Below, piece by piece: positions 49,901-59,678 of a DNA stretch of 64,000 bases (within the stretch, counting starts at the first letter, position 1; each line of letters begins with the position of its first letter). Origin of the DNA: Lytechinus pictus (Eukaryota); contig NC_087251.1 in the NCBI RefSeq assembly GCF_037042905.1, positions 24,802,001 to 24,866,000 on the forward strand. Reading direction: 5' to 3'. A program made the position numbers and the translations under genes. The notes under the pieces are model-generated. The model searched no databases, was not told where the DNA came from, and was given only the letters and a program-made list of their open reading frames with translations.

Positions 49901-51111
49901 GGACGTGTGGTGCCATCTTTCTTCTTCACGTAGACGAGGGGAGATGCCCATGGGGAGGTTGAGGGTTGAATGATACCTGATTCCAGCTGCTCCTGAATTA
50001 TCTTTTCTTCTTCTCCTTCGAAAGCACGAGGTGGTCTACGAGCAGGTTGGCGAATAGGCCTGGCTTCTCCGGTATTGATTTCATGCTGAAGAACACCACA
50101 CCTCCCTAGGTCACTTTTGGACTTTGCGAATATATCTGCATGCCTCTGAAGCAATGCACTCAATTTTCCCTTTTCTGTGTCATTTAGTCCTTCTGAACTT
50201 CTCTCATAAAGTTCATACAAATTCTCATGTAGTTGTTGTTTTTCAATTTCTATTTCCATTGTTGGGGTTGACTGTGGTCTGCTAGTCCCCGTGACACTTG
50301 TGCCGCTTACACGATTGATGATCACACTCTGAGAGTTCTCCTGATTATCAATTTCATGGAGATCGATGATATCACTTGCGTAAGCAATAGTCTTCCCCCT
50401 CTCCATTGATATTTCCTCAGAAGTAGTATTCATCAATCGTATTGGAGCACCCGATTTGACTTGCTCCACGGTACAAAGTGTGGCGGCAACCAACACAGTA
50501 TCCTTATTGCTAAGTCCAGCGGGCAATGGTTCAATAATAACGTCACTGCAACTGCTCCCAGCGATTTCCTCGACAAGTCCAACAGTCAGTATTTCGCTAT
50601 GTGGGGGAACCACAATAGACGAGTTGAGTGTAACTCTTCTCGCAATATTTGGAACTCCTCCTAAGTCACAGTCCACCCACAAACCAGCAATCATCAGTCC
50701 CCTTCTGGCTTCAATTATGCAGTCAAAATGATACAAAAAGTCATATCCAATTAAAGCGTCGTCATGTATAGGGGCCACAAAAGCATTCCATGTAAAAACG
50801 CTACCATTGATGTCAAATTGAAATGTTGCCTGTCCACTTATATCCATGGTGCTTTCATCTGCTGTTTTTAGTATGGTCTTATCTGAGGGTTTTACAAGCG
50901 GAGGTCGACAATCAAGGGGCATTTTATTGTACAAAGTTTGGGAAAGGATTGTTACAGCAGCACCAGTGTCAATCAACAAATTTGCATCAGTTTCATTTAC
51001 TTTTCCTCGTATAGATGCTGACATTCCGACTGCTCCACTCCTTCTCACCTCAATCTCTACAACTGGTGTGACCGGCGTCGAGCCGGATGACCCGGTCATC
51101 ACTAGTTTCCC
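46933..51111 (-). CDS. pol: Gypsy Pol polyprotein (aspartic protease, RT, RNase H, integrase), probably translated by -1 frameshift from gag
   Basis: LIDTGAAVT protease; SPWASPLVYVKKKDG...YLDD RT; LDTDAS...TDHSSL RNase H; H-x4-GH...CSVC zinc finger; CIDILGP / TDQG / ERFN DDE core; WQGPF motif; 1389-codon open frame. Confidence 0.95.
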   Translation of the reverse strand, partial: GKLVMTGSSGSTPVTPVVEIEVRRSGAVGMSASIRGKVNETDANLLIDTGAAVTILSQTLYNKMPLDCRPPLVKPSDKTILKTADESTMDISGQATFQFDINGSVFTWNAFVAPIHDDALIGYDFLYHFDCIIEARRGLMIAGLWVDCDLGGVPNIARRVTLNSSIVVPPHSEILTVGLVEEIAGSSCSDVIIEPLPAGLSNKDTVLVAATLCTVEQVKSGAPIRLMNTTSEEISMERGKTIAYASDIIDLHEIDNQENSQSVIINRVSGTSVTGTSRPQSTPTMEIEIEKQQLHENLYELYERSSEGLNDTEKGKLSALLQRHADIFAKSKSDLGRCGVLQHEINTGEARPIRQPARRPPRAFEGEEEKIIQEQLESGIIQPSTSPWASPLVYVKKKDGTTRPCVDYRKLNSVTEFDCFPLPKIDECLDSLSGSKVFSTLDLQSGYWQIEVKEDDRPKTAFRTKSGLYEYIVMPFGLSNAPSTFERCMELVMKGLQWKTLLVYLDDLIIFSKTFDEHLSHLDEVLHRLSRAGLKLKPSKCALFQEEVLYLGHIVTTDGVKPNPEKVSAVTEWKTPTTVGDVRSFLGLCSYYRKFIKGFSTIARPLTRLLEKGVQFEWSDDCGKAFDELKKALTGDNLMAYPSNSGRFILDTDASAFGIGATLSQIQFNHVSGRMEERPIAYASKTLTKTQRRYCVTRRELLAVVTFVHHFRHYLLGHKFTIRTDHSSLRWIMSFREPTDQMARWLEILAQFNFVMEHRSGKSHANADALSRIQCSPESCSCYDFEPILDALPCGGCTACKRKHLAWSSFIDYEDVVPLINMRRVQATKSTSTDTEVQFQEPDKESKMYCSELRLMIWYVLMIIHLALSFFSKNMRSFYHSVKCVCVKMCSSTSCQYVRQVTTRGRARNTASSNESNKPSNGRPILDNLGVTASSLSTIQRQDKDIGVVWVWMKESNVRPNREKIQDKSPIIRNLWLLWDQLVLIDDVLYKRYDEGPSKSHLTLVTPKSLIKLILENNHDNVMSGHLGMKKSLSRIRHHYYWYKMKETVRNYILACSVCGARKRPHRTPRAPLKNYQQGAPLDRVCIDILGPFPESESGNKYVLVVGDTFTKWIEAYPIPDQCSNTVADKVVHEFISRFGTPFEIHTDQGRTFESALFRDMCHALKIHKTRTSGYHPQSNGFIERFNQTLVNMISSYVSKNQKDWDGNIKLLTAAYRSTTHETTGFSPNYLMLGREVKTPLEVVLGLRPDSVPNKVEEYVLKMQNELDRAYDLARDQIGKTAERQKQDHDVRLSENAFNVGNLVYCLDKTRKKGLSPKLNPEKWQGPFVVVRKINDLLFEIKQNKSQSKVVHHDRLKPYVSNDLPDWVYKLQEQVLSGKNRTTKSRTVQTMF

Positions 51112-52094
51112 GACATCGAAGATTGGCTTTGTTGTTGTCCACTCACCTTGAATGGTTGTTCAGGTTGGCTACATTCCCGCGCGAAATGTCCTTGAACACC
51201 ACAGTTGTAGCATGTAATGTGATCTTTATTTCGACCGTAGTTCGCATTTCTCCCATGCCCACGTCCGCGACTTCTTCCACGACCACGAGTATGAGCACCA
51301 TACTGGCGTCCTTGAATGTCTGTACAGATGTTTGATAATACGTTAGCAAGTTCACTTACTTTCTGTGACAATTCTGACGTCAGCTTTTCCCCGAATGCAT
51401 TGAGACGCTCCTCCGTCACCGGGCTTGATGCAGTTACTTGTCGAATTCTTGATCCTGCACTGCTCATTTCTTCCTCCTTCAAACTCCTATACATTTCAAC
51501 AATGTCCATGGCTTCTTCTAGTGATGCAGGCTCTTTCATCCCCACAGTTATTGTCAAATGTTGATCATTCAACCCTTTCACAAAATGCCGAATGGCGATC
51601 GACTCTCTTGTCACAGCGTCTGCTCTTGGGTAGCCTTTATTTGTCAATGTGCGTATGTCGGCTACATATTCGGCAATGGATTCAGTCCTTTCCAATTTTC
51701 TTGACTCCAATTTCGCCAGGTATGACGCAGCACGACGACGGTCTCCGAAGCGTCGCAGCAGACTAGTCATGAGCTCGTCATAAGTCAGTTCATTAAAGCT
51801 TGGCAATTCGAATATATATTCGGCTGCCTCCCCTTGTAGAGCTGACGCAAGCCTTATTCGTTTTTCTTCTGAGTTCCATCCACTTGAAAATGCGAGAGTC
51901 TCAAATTGATTTTTGAACGCAAGTAGTGATGATGTTCCATCAAATGAGTTTTGCCGAGGAAGTGGTATCACAGTTTTCAGAATCCTCTCTGCTTTGATTT
52001 GCCGTATCTCATTTCTTAAGGCTTCTACTTCTGATGAAGTATCAGTGACCTCCACAGGCACATCCTCTTGTCGCTTTCTTCTTGTGTTCGGCAT
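51102..52094 (-). CDS. gag: Gypsy Gag with CCHC zinc knuckle
   Basis: Likely start MPNTRRK at 52094 (first ATG after the PBS in this frame); FDG...F..QFE...W capsid-like motif; RGRG tract; CYNCGVQGHFAREC knuckle; ends GGA AAC TAG. Confidence 0.9.
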   Translation of the reverse strand: MPNTRRKRQEDVPVEVTDTSSEVEALRNEIRQIKAERILKTVIPLPRQNSFDGTSSLLAFKNQFETLAFSSGWNSEEKRIRLASALQGEAAEYIFELPSFNELTYDELMTSLLRRFGDRRRAASYLAKLESRKLERTESIAEYVADIRTLTNKGYPRADAVTRESIAIRHFVKGLNDQHLTITVGMKEPASLEEAMDIVEMYRSLKEEEMSSAGSRIRQVTASSPVTEERLNAFGEKLTSELSQKVSELANVLSNICTDIQGRQYGAHTRGRGRSRGRGHGRNANYGRNKDHITCYNCGVQGHFARECSQPEQPFKVSGQQQSQSSMSGN

Positions 52095-52163
52095 AATGAT
52101 GTTACACAATTTTCCAAAGAAATATCTGACAATAAAAATATCAATGTACGTGTGCAAGTCCTG

Positions 52164-52181
52164 ATCCCACCGCTGCCACCA
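52164..52181 (-). other. Primer-binding site complementary to the tRNA-Leu 3' end
   Basis: Minus strand TGGTGGCAGCGGTGGGAT, 2 nt after the 5' LTR; the complement ATCCCACCGCTGCCACCA matches the 3' end typical of animal tRNA-Leu(AAG/TAG). Confidence 0.85.
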
Positions 52182-52183
52182 AA

Positions 52184-52755
52184 TGTTACGTTTTCTTTGG
52201 GTAAACTTGTTTGGACGCACAAAAGACTCTGCACAATATAGTTCACGATTTCATCTGCTTTATTTTACGAGGGTAGCGTGGTACAAGTTAAGATGTTCTC
52301 CTGTTCACTTCAAAATCAAGACTGACTCAATATGTCCAAATCACCATAATCTAGTATTGAACCTACCAGCAGATCTGATCTCATATGGACTACAATTGTA
52401 ACAGTTTATATAAGGAACAATACACCCAATTTCAATCCCTTGAGAACAGAAAGCTTAACAAGAATTAAGTAGTAAACAAAGGATAATCACATGGAGTGTA
52501 CAAAAGAGCAGAATACATGAAAGAGAGGAGACAACTGAACAGTCCATGGGAAATGCAAACAAATGCTGGAGTAACCTGTTAAGCAGGAAGGGAGCATTGA
52601 CTCAGTGGTCATTCCCATATTACTAACATTAATAATATTACATGAACTAAAACCCCTTGGGAATAACAAACAGACTTTACACTTCAATAAGATGGGGCGA
52701 ACAACAGCTGCTTAATAACTAAGTCATGAAACACATAACTCTGGGCCGTAACACT
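52184..52755 (-). repeat. 5' LTR
   Basis: Same length and, by eye, same sequence as 44520-45091; the ORF-track translations of both copies are identical. Confidence 0.95.
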
Positions 52756-55700
52756 ATATCCCTATGTAGCTGAATTAGCACCTAAGAATACATTTCAATC
52801 ACGCATAAAGTCATGTGTAACGTTACAGCTTGCTTTTATAATGGCCACCCAGAGCCACACTTGGCAAATACCTCCCGACAGAAACAGGAACAAGGAATAA
52901 AGAACAAGTCCAATGAAAATACAAAAAAAAAGTCTGTTGACAGAAACTCACCAAATGATGACAGAGATTCTCTGAAAGGATTCCTACATAGCTCCTTCTT
53001 ACATCACAACTGGCACAAGATCAAATCTTGGCTTTCAACACAATATATATCCAGGGTCTCGGAAAGAAAAACTTGACCCAATGGCAGAACAGTGCAGCTC
53101 CTTGCCAACTTCTTAGATTCTTTATATCATGGCACTTGTGGTATAAATTATACTTGGAAGGAAAGTACCAAGTTTTCATTAGGGGTATTATTTCCCCCAC
53201 TTCCCCCTCTTACCTTGGATGTGAGCCTCTGCAAGTGGTTTGGATACAGTTGTCAGTTATACAAGGCCATTTTCAGATAGCAACCCTGGGGTGCCTTTGA
53301 CAAGTGACTCACTCCAAACAGATCTACACACATATCATCCATTATAAAAGATTTGTTAGCTGCAAGCATGTGGGAAGAACCACCTGTTAGAAATTAACAA
53401 AACAGACGAAGAATTAAATTACATCAAACTTTAATACAGGCAGAGAATGCATCAATATGAAAATTTCATTTTTCTAATTTTCTAAGCTTCAAACCTAAAA
53501 GAGAAACTAAATTGAACTAATCAAACCGAGAAACATCATGAAAAGTGATAAATTATTAAATACCCCAGCCCTATCACAAATGACTTGGGTGAGAAACATG
53601 AATATTGGAAAATACATGCCAAACCATGGCAATGTGTCTGTCACACTCAAATGATGTGTCTTCCACATTTTTACTCTAAGGCACTAAATCTCATGAGCAT
53701 TGGGGAAAAAAAACAGGGGAAGTAGAATGATCCATAAGATTTTCCCTGATACGCTGTCACCATGGCAAAAAAGTGTGCCTTGTAGTATGTCTTCAGACCA
53801 AGACCAATGTATGTACCAAGTCTCAAGAGCATTGGACGAAAAGTGAGGATCGAAGCAGTTTGCTGGCAAGATTTTTCTTGATTTATTGCCATGTCATTAT
53901 TTGTGGCAATGCAATAACCAACACATTTTGTCATGCACATCTTCAATCCAAGACAAATGTGTGTTCAGTGTACCAAGTCGTATGAGCGTTGATGGTGACA
54001 ATAACATAATAGGTCATTTCTATGTGATCAGTTTCTGGCTTGCTTAAATATTGTGTCTTGCACATTTTCACTCCAAAACACCAAGTGTTGTGAGTATTGG
54101 GCAAAACATGAGAAAGAAGTACATCCAGCATTAATTTTTTCCCATAATGTAATTACCATGGCAACAAAGTATCGGACATAGTCTAACATGTATCTTGCAT
54201 GTCTTCACTGTTTAGAGATTACTATTACCATTTCATGTAAGCATCAGCCTTAAACAAGGCCCTGTGTCTGTTGTGATATTTATATCACATACCTACCGAC
54301 TGGAAAAAAAAAGACTATTCGCAAAAGGCCGAGTGAGTGTGAGGATTTCAGTCACAGGGCCTTTAGGAACCTGATTTGGATTTCTTAGGTTACCATTGTT
54401 TCCGAATCGGAATCGCTACCTGAGAGGTAGTGGCTAATCAGCGAGTGTATTTCTCGCATCAGTGAACTTCGTATAACCCTAGCTGTGCCACAGAAGCGAA
54501 CAAACCCGGTCCCATGACTTCATAGACACCGACGATGTGGATTGGCGCATCAGCATGCTCATAATTCATATACTCACGTCTTCACTAGATTCCAAAACCT
54601 CGCGACTAAAATCGCTCACGCTCGTGCTCACTCGGATATCGCCAGTTCTCTTCATTGACTGCTAGTCTCGTCTCAGCCATCGCTGGACGAGGAATAGGGC
54701 CAAGTTGCAAGGCCTTGTCAAAATCTATGTAAGCACCTACTCTGTTTGTGCACTCAATTCCACTTCCCGGAGATGGCAGCAGGATTTATAATTGTAAAGT
54801 CATGATAGACCCTGCAGATGAAGCCTCAGCCTTCAGGCTATGTAGAGTAGGACTTGCTTTATGACAAGGCCTCACAACTCAGCCTATGATTAGTGCAAGT
54901 AACGAAGGGAGACAGAAAAAAACCCATGTTAACTCAAAATCTCCCCCTCCCCCCTCTTTAAAAATTAAACAAAATTATAAAATACTTTAATATTGACAAA
55001 TTAACAGGTAAAGTAAAAGTAAATTATGCAAGGTGAGGCACAAGATGAGGAGATGGGGGACACTCTTTGGTACAGTGTAGCTGCCAAGGAGGTTGCCTCA
55101 ACAGGGCACTGACCATGACTCAGATCACCTGGAGCCTAAAGGGAGTCTTTGTCAAAACTTGATAATATCCTCCCTCCTCTTATGAAACATGTTTATTTTA
55201 CCTCTGTAACTATTAAAAATAAAGAAATCATCTTTCCTTTTTATTCATTAAAACTGATCAATATCTTGATTGATCTTTATTCTCCTCACATGACAATATC
55301 ATTGGGAAAAAAAATCTTTGTTTTCAGTGACACGTGAATGTATTTAAAAAATGAAACAATTGTGTATACCATCATCAAAGCAGCTTAAACAATATTATAC
55401 TCCATATTGTCACCAGAGGGCAGTATGAATGCTTTCAACAGTGCAATACATTCAGAGAGTCTGGCCAACTAATGTTACAGATCTATGGTGCTAAACAAGG
55501 CATAAATTATATTGTCAAACAGCTGACAGAACAAAAGATTTTATACCATCTTTGGTACCAATAACAGCAAAAGAGCAAGTCCACCCCCCCAAAAAAAAAT
55601 GTTACAAGGATACATCAAATTTCATTTACAAAAGAAATAGTAAGAGGCATCATCTATACTGTTTGGTGAAATCAAGCAATATTTTCAAATGTAATGACCT

Positions 55701-57333
55701 TATATCATTTCACATCCAAGTTTAATGAAATTTTCAGCATTATGCTAATTTTTTGTTTGATTTTTCTCTTAATTGTTTATTAAAATCAACTTTTATTATG
55801 GTGATTTAGTTTAAAGACACAATATACATGTGTAATATTGTCAGTCTACTACAGGCATATTATAATTTAAACAAAAAATCTAAACCAACATAAGCTAATG
55901 GATGGATTTATATCTACATGTACATGTACAAAAAAAGCTTTGGAATAAATAAAAGCTTCTAAATGAAACACTTTGCTACAAACATCAACTTCACAGATGT
56001 TTTTTCCCCAGTACAGAAATTCAAACCAGTCAATATTGATGGATTAATGTGCATTTCATAATAGTGATACATACATTATGTCAACAACTTCAACTATCAT
56101 TTTATGGCTTGTGGGTAAACCGCTTTTCCCAAGATATAAAAGATAGCACGGGCCATGAGCAAAAATTAAATATGAAAAAATATATATTTAACTGAAAAAT
56201 GAATCTTCTTGACCATAGGGAAGAATAAGGATTAGAGATCCCAGGAAAACTGTACAGTTTAAATTAGGTTTTATAATCACTTTGTTGAGTAGGCCTATAC
56301 TGCAGTCTAACCAATAAGAGCACAACTCATGTGCACGTATAAGATGCACTGCATATTATTTTTCTTTACCTTTTCTTTCTTAGATCAACTGTCTTTTCCA
56401 CAGCTTCTAGCTTCTGCACGTTTCTTTGACTTCTTATATTTTATCATGTACATATAGATCTCAAACTGTTCTTCTCATGGCATTATTTTTTTTTAATGAA
56501 GAGAAAATTCAACATGTAGTATTAAATATACTGTTCCAGCAGAGAATTGTTACTAGGTTCTGGTAACAATTATGGAAACCTTTCTATAATGATCTGTTTA
56601 GTTATCAAGTATGAAAATATAAACGTTGGTTTGAAGAAAAAAATGTGTTGTATGAACAAGGCAATTGAAGATTAATCAATTTCATTAACAGCTATGTTAT
56701 GAGTATTAAATATTCACATGAGAAAAGAATACAAATTTGAATAATTGAGGGGGTTGAGACTGGGAGATCTAGAGTAGCCTGGAAAACATGTAGATTTTAC
56801 AGGAGCTCTCTTTACTGTATTTTTTAAACTTGCTTTTAAAGGGGAATCTAACCCAAAGAAAACATTGTTTTTAGGAGGAAAAGAAAAATCAGTCAAGTAG
56901 ATAGGTGATAGATTGAACAATATTGGACAAACAATTTTTTTTTTTTACTTGTAAAAAATGGTAATCACTATACCATGGAGACTTCAAATTGGTCATATTG
57001 GTGATGGCCTAGTGAAGTAAGGCAATGACTACTCTTCCATTTAATCCAATACATAGAAAGCTAAAAAATTCTTTTTTTTTGTTCAAAAGTTTTTAATACT
57101 TGAAATTATATTTTTCTTTCATGAAGACAAAGAATAATATACCTTGATTATTATTGTCACAGGGGGAATAGGTGGAGCAAACCCTGAAATCCCTGATAAT
57201 AAAGTACATGGCTATGGGAAAGCTATCCCTACTACTTGTCATTTACTTTTTTGCCAACTTGAATTAAACCATGAAATTATTCTATGCTCCACCAATGCCA
57301 CTCAACACCAAGTAAGTTTTAGGTTCCAACTAT

Positions 57334-57550
57334 CAGGGCCCTGGAACAATTTTTTGGTGGGGCGCCGGGTACTGAATTAAATTTGACAAGCCAAAAAAAA
57401 GAAGTTCCACTACAAAATGTGGGTAATTTTTTTCCAGATTTTCCGCACCTACCAGAATTCCTGGGGGTGCTGCCTAACCTATGGAGTATAATACATGCAA
57501 CACCCCCTGGGGAAAATCTTGGGGGAGCACCCCCGCTTCCCAGGGCCATG
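57334..57550. mobile_element. Degenerate hAT-like MITE
   Basis: CAGGGCCCTGGAA ... TTCCCAGGGCCATG ends; imperfect 8-bp flanks CCAACTAT / CCGACTTT. Confidence 0.45.
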
Positions 57551-58167
57551 CCGACTTTCGGAGGCAGAGGGGCAAATAAGTTGTGCATAAAAAGTTTGTG
57601 CCTACTTCCAAGGTAAATTCCAAGGTTAGGTAAATTACTTGTCCGATTTTCTTCAAAATTTCACAATCCTGTTTCACTTTTCTCCTCTCTTACACTCTCA
57701 CTGAGCTGCGGTCGGTCAACATTTAAACAATTATTTAAAATAAAAATAAGAGTCTAGCCGAACCCACTACCGTACTATTCCCAGTCATCTTTGCATGAAA
57801 ACACTTCCTACGTAGCCTAGCTACACTTACTAGTTAGGCATGACCATTAATTGAATCTTAAAATAAAATATAGTCTTAGAGCGAATAGAGGTCTATCTCG
57901 GGGTGTTAGATTGGGATTACAGCTAGCACACGACAAGCCACACGCCCGTTCTCTTTCACCGGCAAGCTTCGGCAGCTATTTGCGGGACGGATGCGGCACA
58001 AAGCTGATACCAGTGGTAGCACCAAGGCTCGAAAACATACCCATTTTGACACACAAATTACCTTTGAAATGTAGCCAATTTATCAACCACAATATGTTTG
58101 CACAACCTTAATTATTTTCTACAAATATCATTCATCAACTCCATGTAAATCACAACATTTTACTCAC

Positions 58168-58330
58168 ATAAGTATGAGATGGATCTAGGGCCGGGTTTCC
58201 GATAAAGCACAGTACGGCGCAATCAATTAGAGTTGCTAGGCAGCTAGGTAACGTTACTTTCGCTGCATGCTCAGTACGGTACCGGAACAGCTATCGCTAG
58301 CTAGCAGGCCCACCGTACCCCCACCAATTT
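58168..58330 (-). promoter_or_regulatory. Putative promoter and non-coding first exon of the ARM-TIR-SAM gene, with overlapping RFX X-box-like sites
   Basis: CpG-rich patch; GTTGCTAGGCAGCTAGGTAAC at 58232-58252; minus-strand donor GTGAGT at 58167-58162. The link to the TIR gene is inferred because it is the only minus-strand host gene found downstream. Confidence 0.4.
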
Positions 58331-58545
58331 ATCCGTGTAATTTCCAGGACCAGCACCTTTGGAGATGATCAAATTTAAAAAAAAATGAAGTTGAAGGAAA
58401 TGAAAGTCCAACTGAGGGCAACTTTTCAAAATGAACAGAAAGGTGATAGGGTGTACAAAACAAGATTTCCTGAAAAGCATTAACTTTAACATCACATTTA
58501 TGGAAAAAAAAAATCGTTTTCTGATTGATCTTAAAGCCCGTCTTG

Positions 58546-59015
58546 AAGGGATCGTTTACCCTGACAAATTGAAAATACCAGAAAAAATAGTATAAATTAT
58601 TGGTGAAGGTTTGAGGAAAATTCATCAAAGTTTAAGAAAGTTATTAGAATATTAATATTTGATTTGTGACTTTATATACAAGCAGAATAGCAGATGCCCC
58701 ATTATGTTATAATATAAAAATGGTTCATGATAAAATGTGTTCCTTTCAGGAGTGGATGTGAAATGATTTGTCTGTTGATATAAGCCTATTTAAGGTACAA
58801 TAAAAACAATTGTCGATTTGGGGAGAAAATAATAACTTATTGATTTTTTACTATGTGATAAACTGCTTGCATATGACGTCACAAATTGAAAAAATTGAAT
58901 TTGTAATAACTTTATTTCTTCTTTTATGCATTCCTGAAACCTTCACCAATATTTTGTTTTATTTTCTCTGCTATTTTTACCATAAACTGTTCGTCAGGGT
59001 AAACTTCCCTTTTAA
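58546..59015. mobile_element. Non-autonomous TIR element (Kolobok-like ends)
   Basis: AAGGGATCGTTTACCCTGAC ... GTCAGGGTAAACTTCCCTTTTAA; a similar TTAAAGGGGAATC-starting element lies at about 56836-57330. Confidence 0.5.
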
Positions 59016-59678
59016 CTATATGCACCAGATGAGGAGCCAACTTTGAGAGTGTTTGAAGTATTATAGACAACCGTATATGCAACAAAATATTTTATATTTT
59101 TGCCCATATAGAGAATGACCAATTCACAAAACATTCCTTAAATTCTTCTTTATTTTTTTTTAAATACGAAGAAAACCCCTGTCTCTATGATAAGCTTAAT
59201 CACTTCACTCCCTCGCAAATACTTTTTATCAAATAATTCACATGCATGTCAAAACAGTGGGCCTAATTTTAATAATCAACTCTGTCACTTTCATATCACC
59301 TGTGTGCATACATAACTGATTAGAAATTCTTAACATTTCATAATTTTTTTGTTACATCAACTTCTATTCAAAACCTGCTGTGATGAAATTTATGGAAAAG
59401 AAAAGAAGATAATAAATGTATAAGAAAACATGAATAACAAGACATTGTCATTTATAAAACTAAATCCATTAAAATTAAATGAAATCACTGACAATGAAAT
59501 AAAAAAAATCATTAAAAATCTCATTAAGAGTTACAAAGTACAATATTCAGAATTTTATTGCCTGTTTACGGAAAAGGGAAAATTAGAAAAACTTGTAAAT
59601 CAATTACTGATTATAAAATTTTACCTATATTAAAGAAGGTTTTTATAAAAACATCATAATATGATAACACTCCCCCGC

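Larger units (their letters stand above)
44520..52755 (-). mobile_element. Full-length, recently inserted Ty3/Gypsy LTR retrotransposon
   Basis: Two LTRs that appear identical (44520-45091, 52184-52755), 4-bp TSD ATAT (44516-44519, 52756-52759), PBS, PPT, and intact gag and pol with PR-RT-RH-IN order. Confidence 0.97.

Noticed and set aside
53620..54170. CCATGGCAA motifs, including ATTACCATGGCAAC, as RFX promoter sites
   Set aside because: Several copies occur in a repeat-like tract with no CpG or TSS features; more likely transposon-derived.
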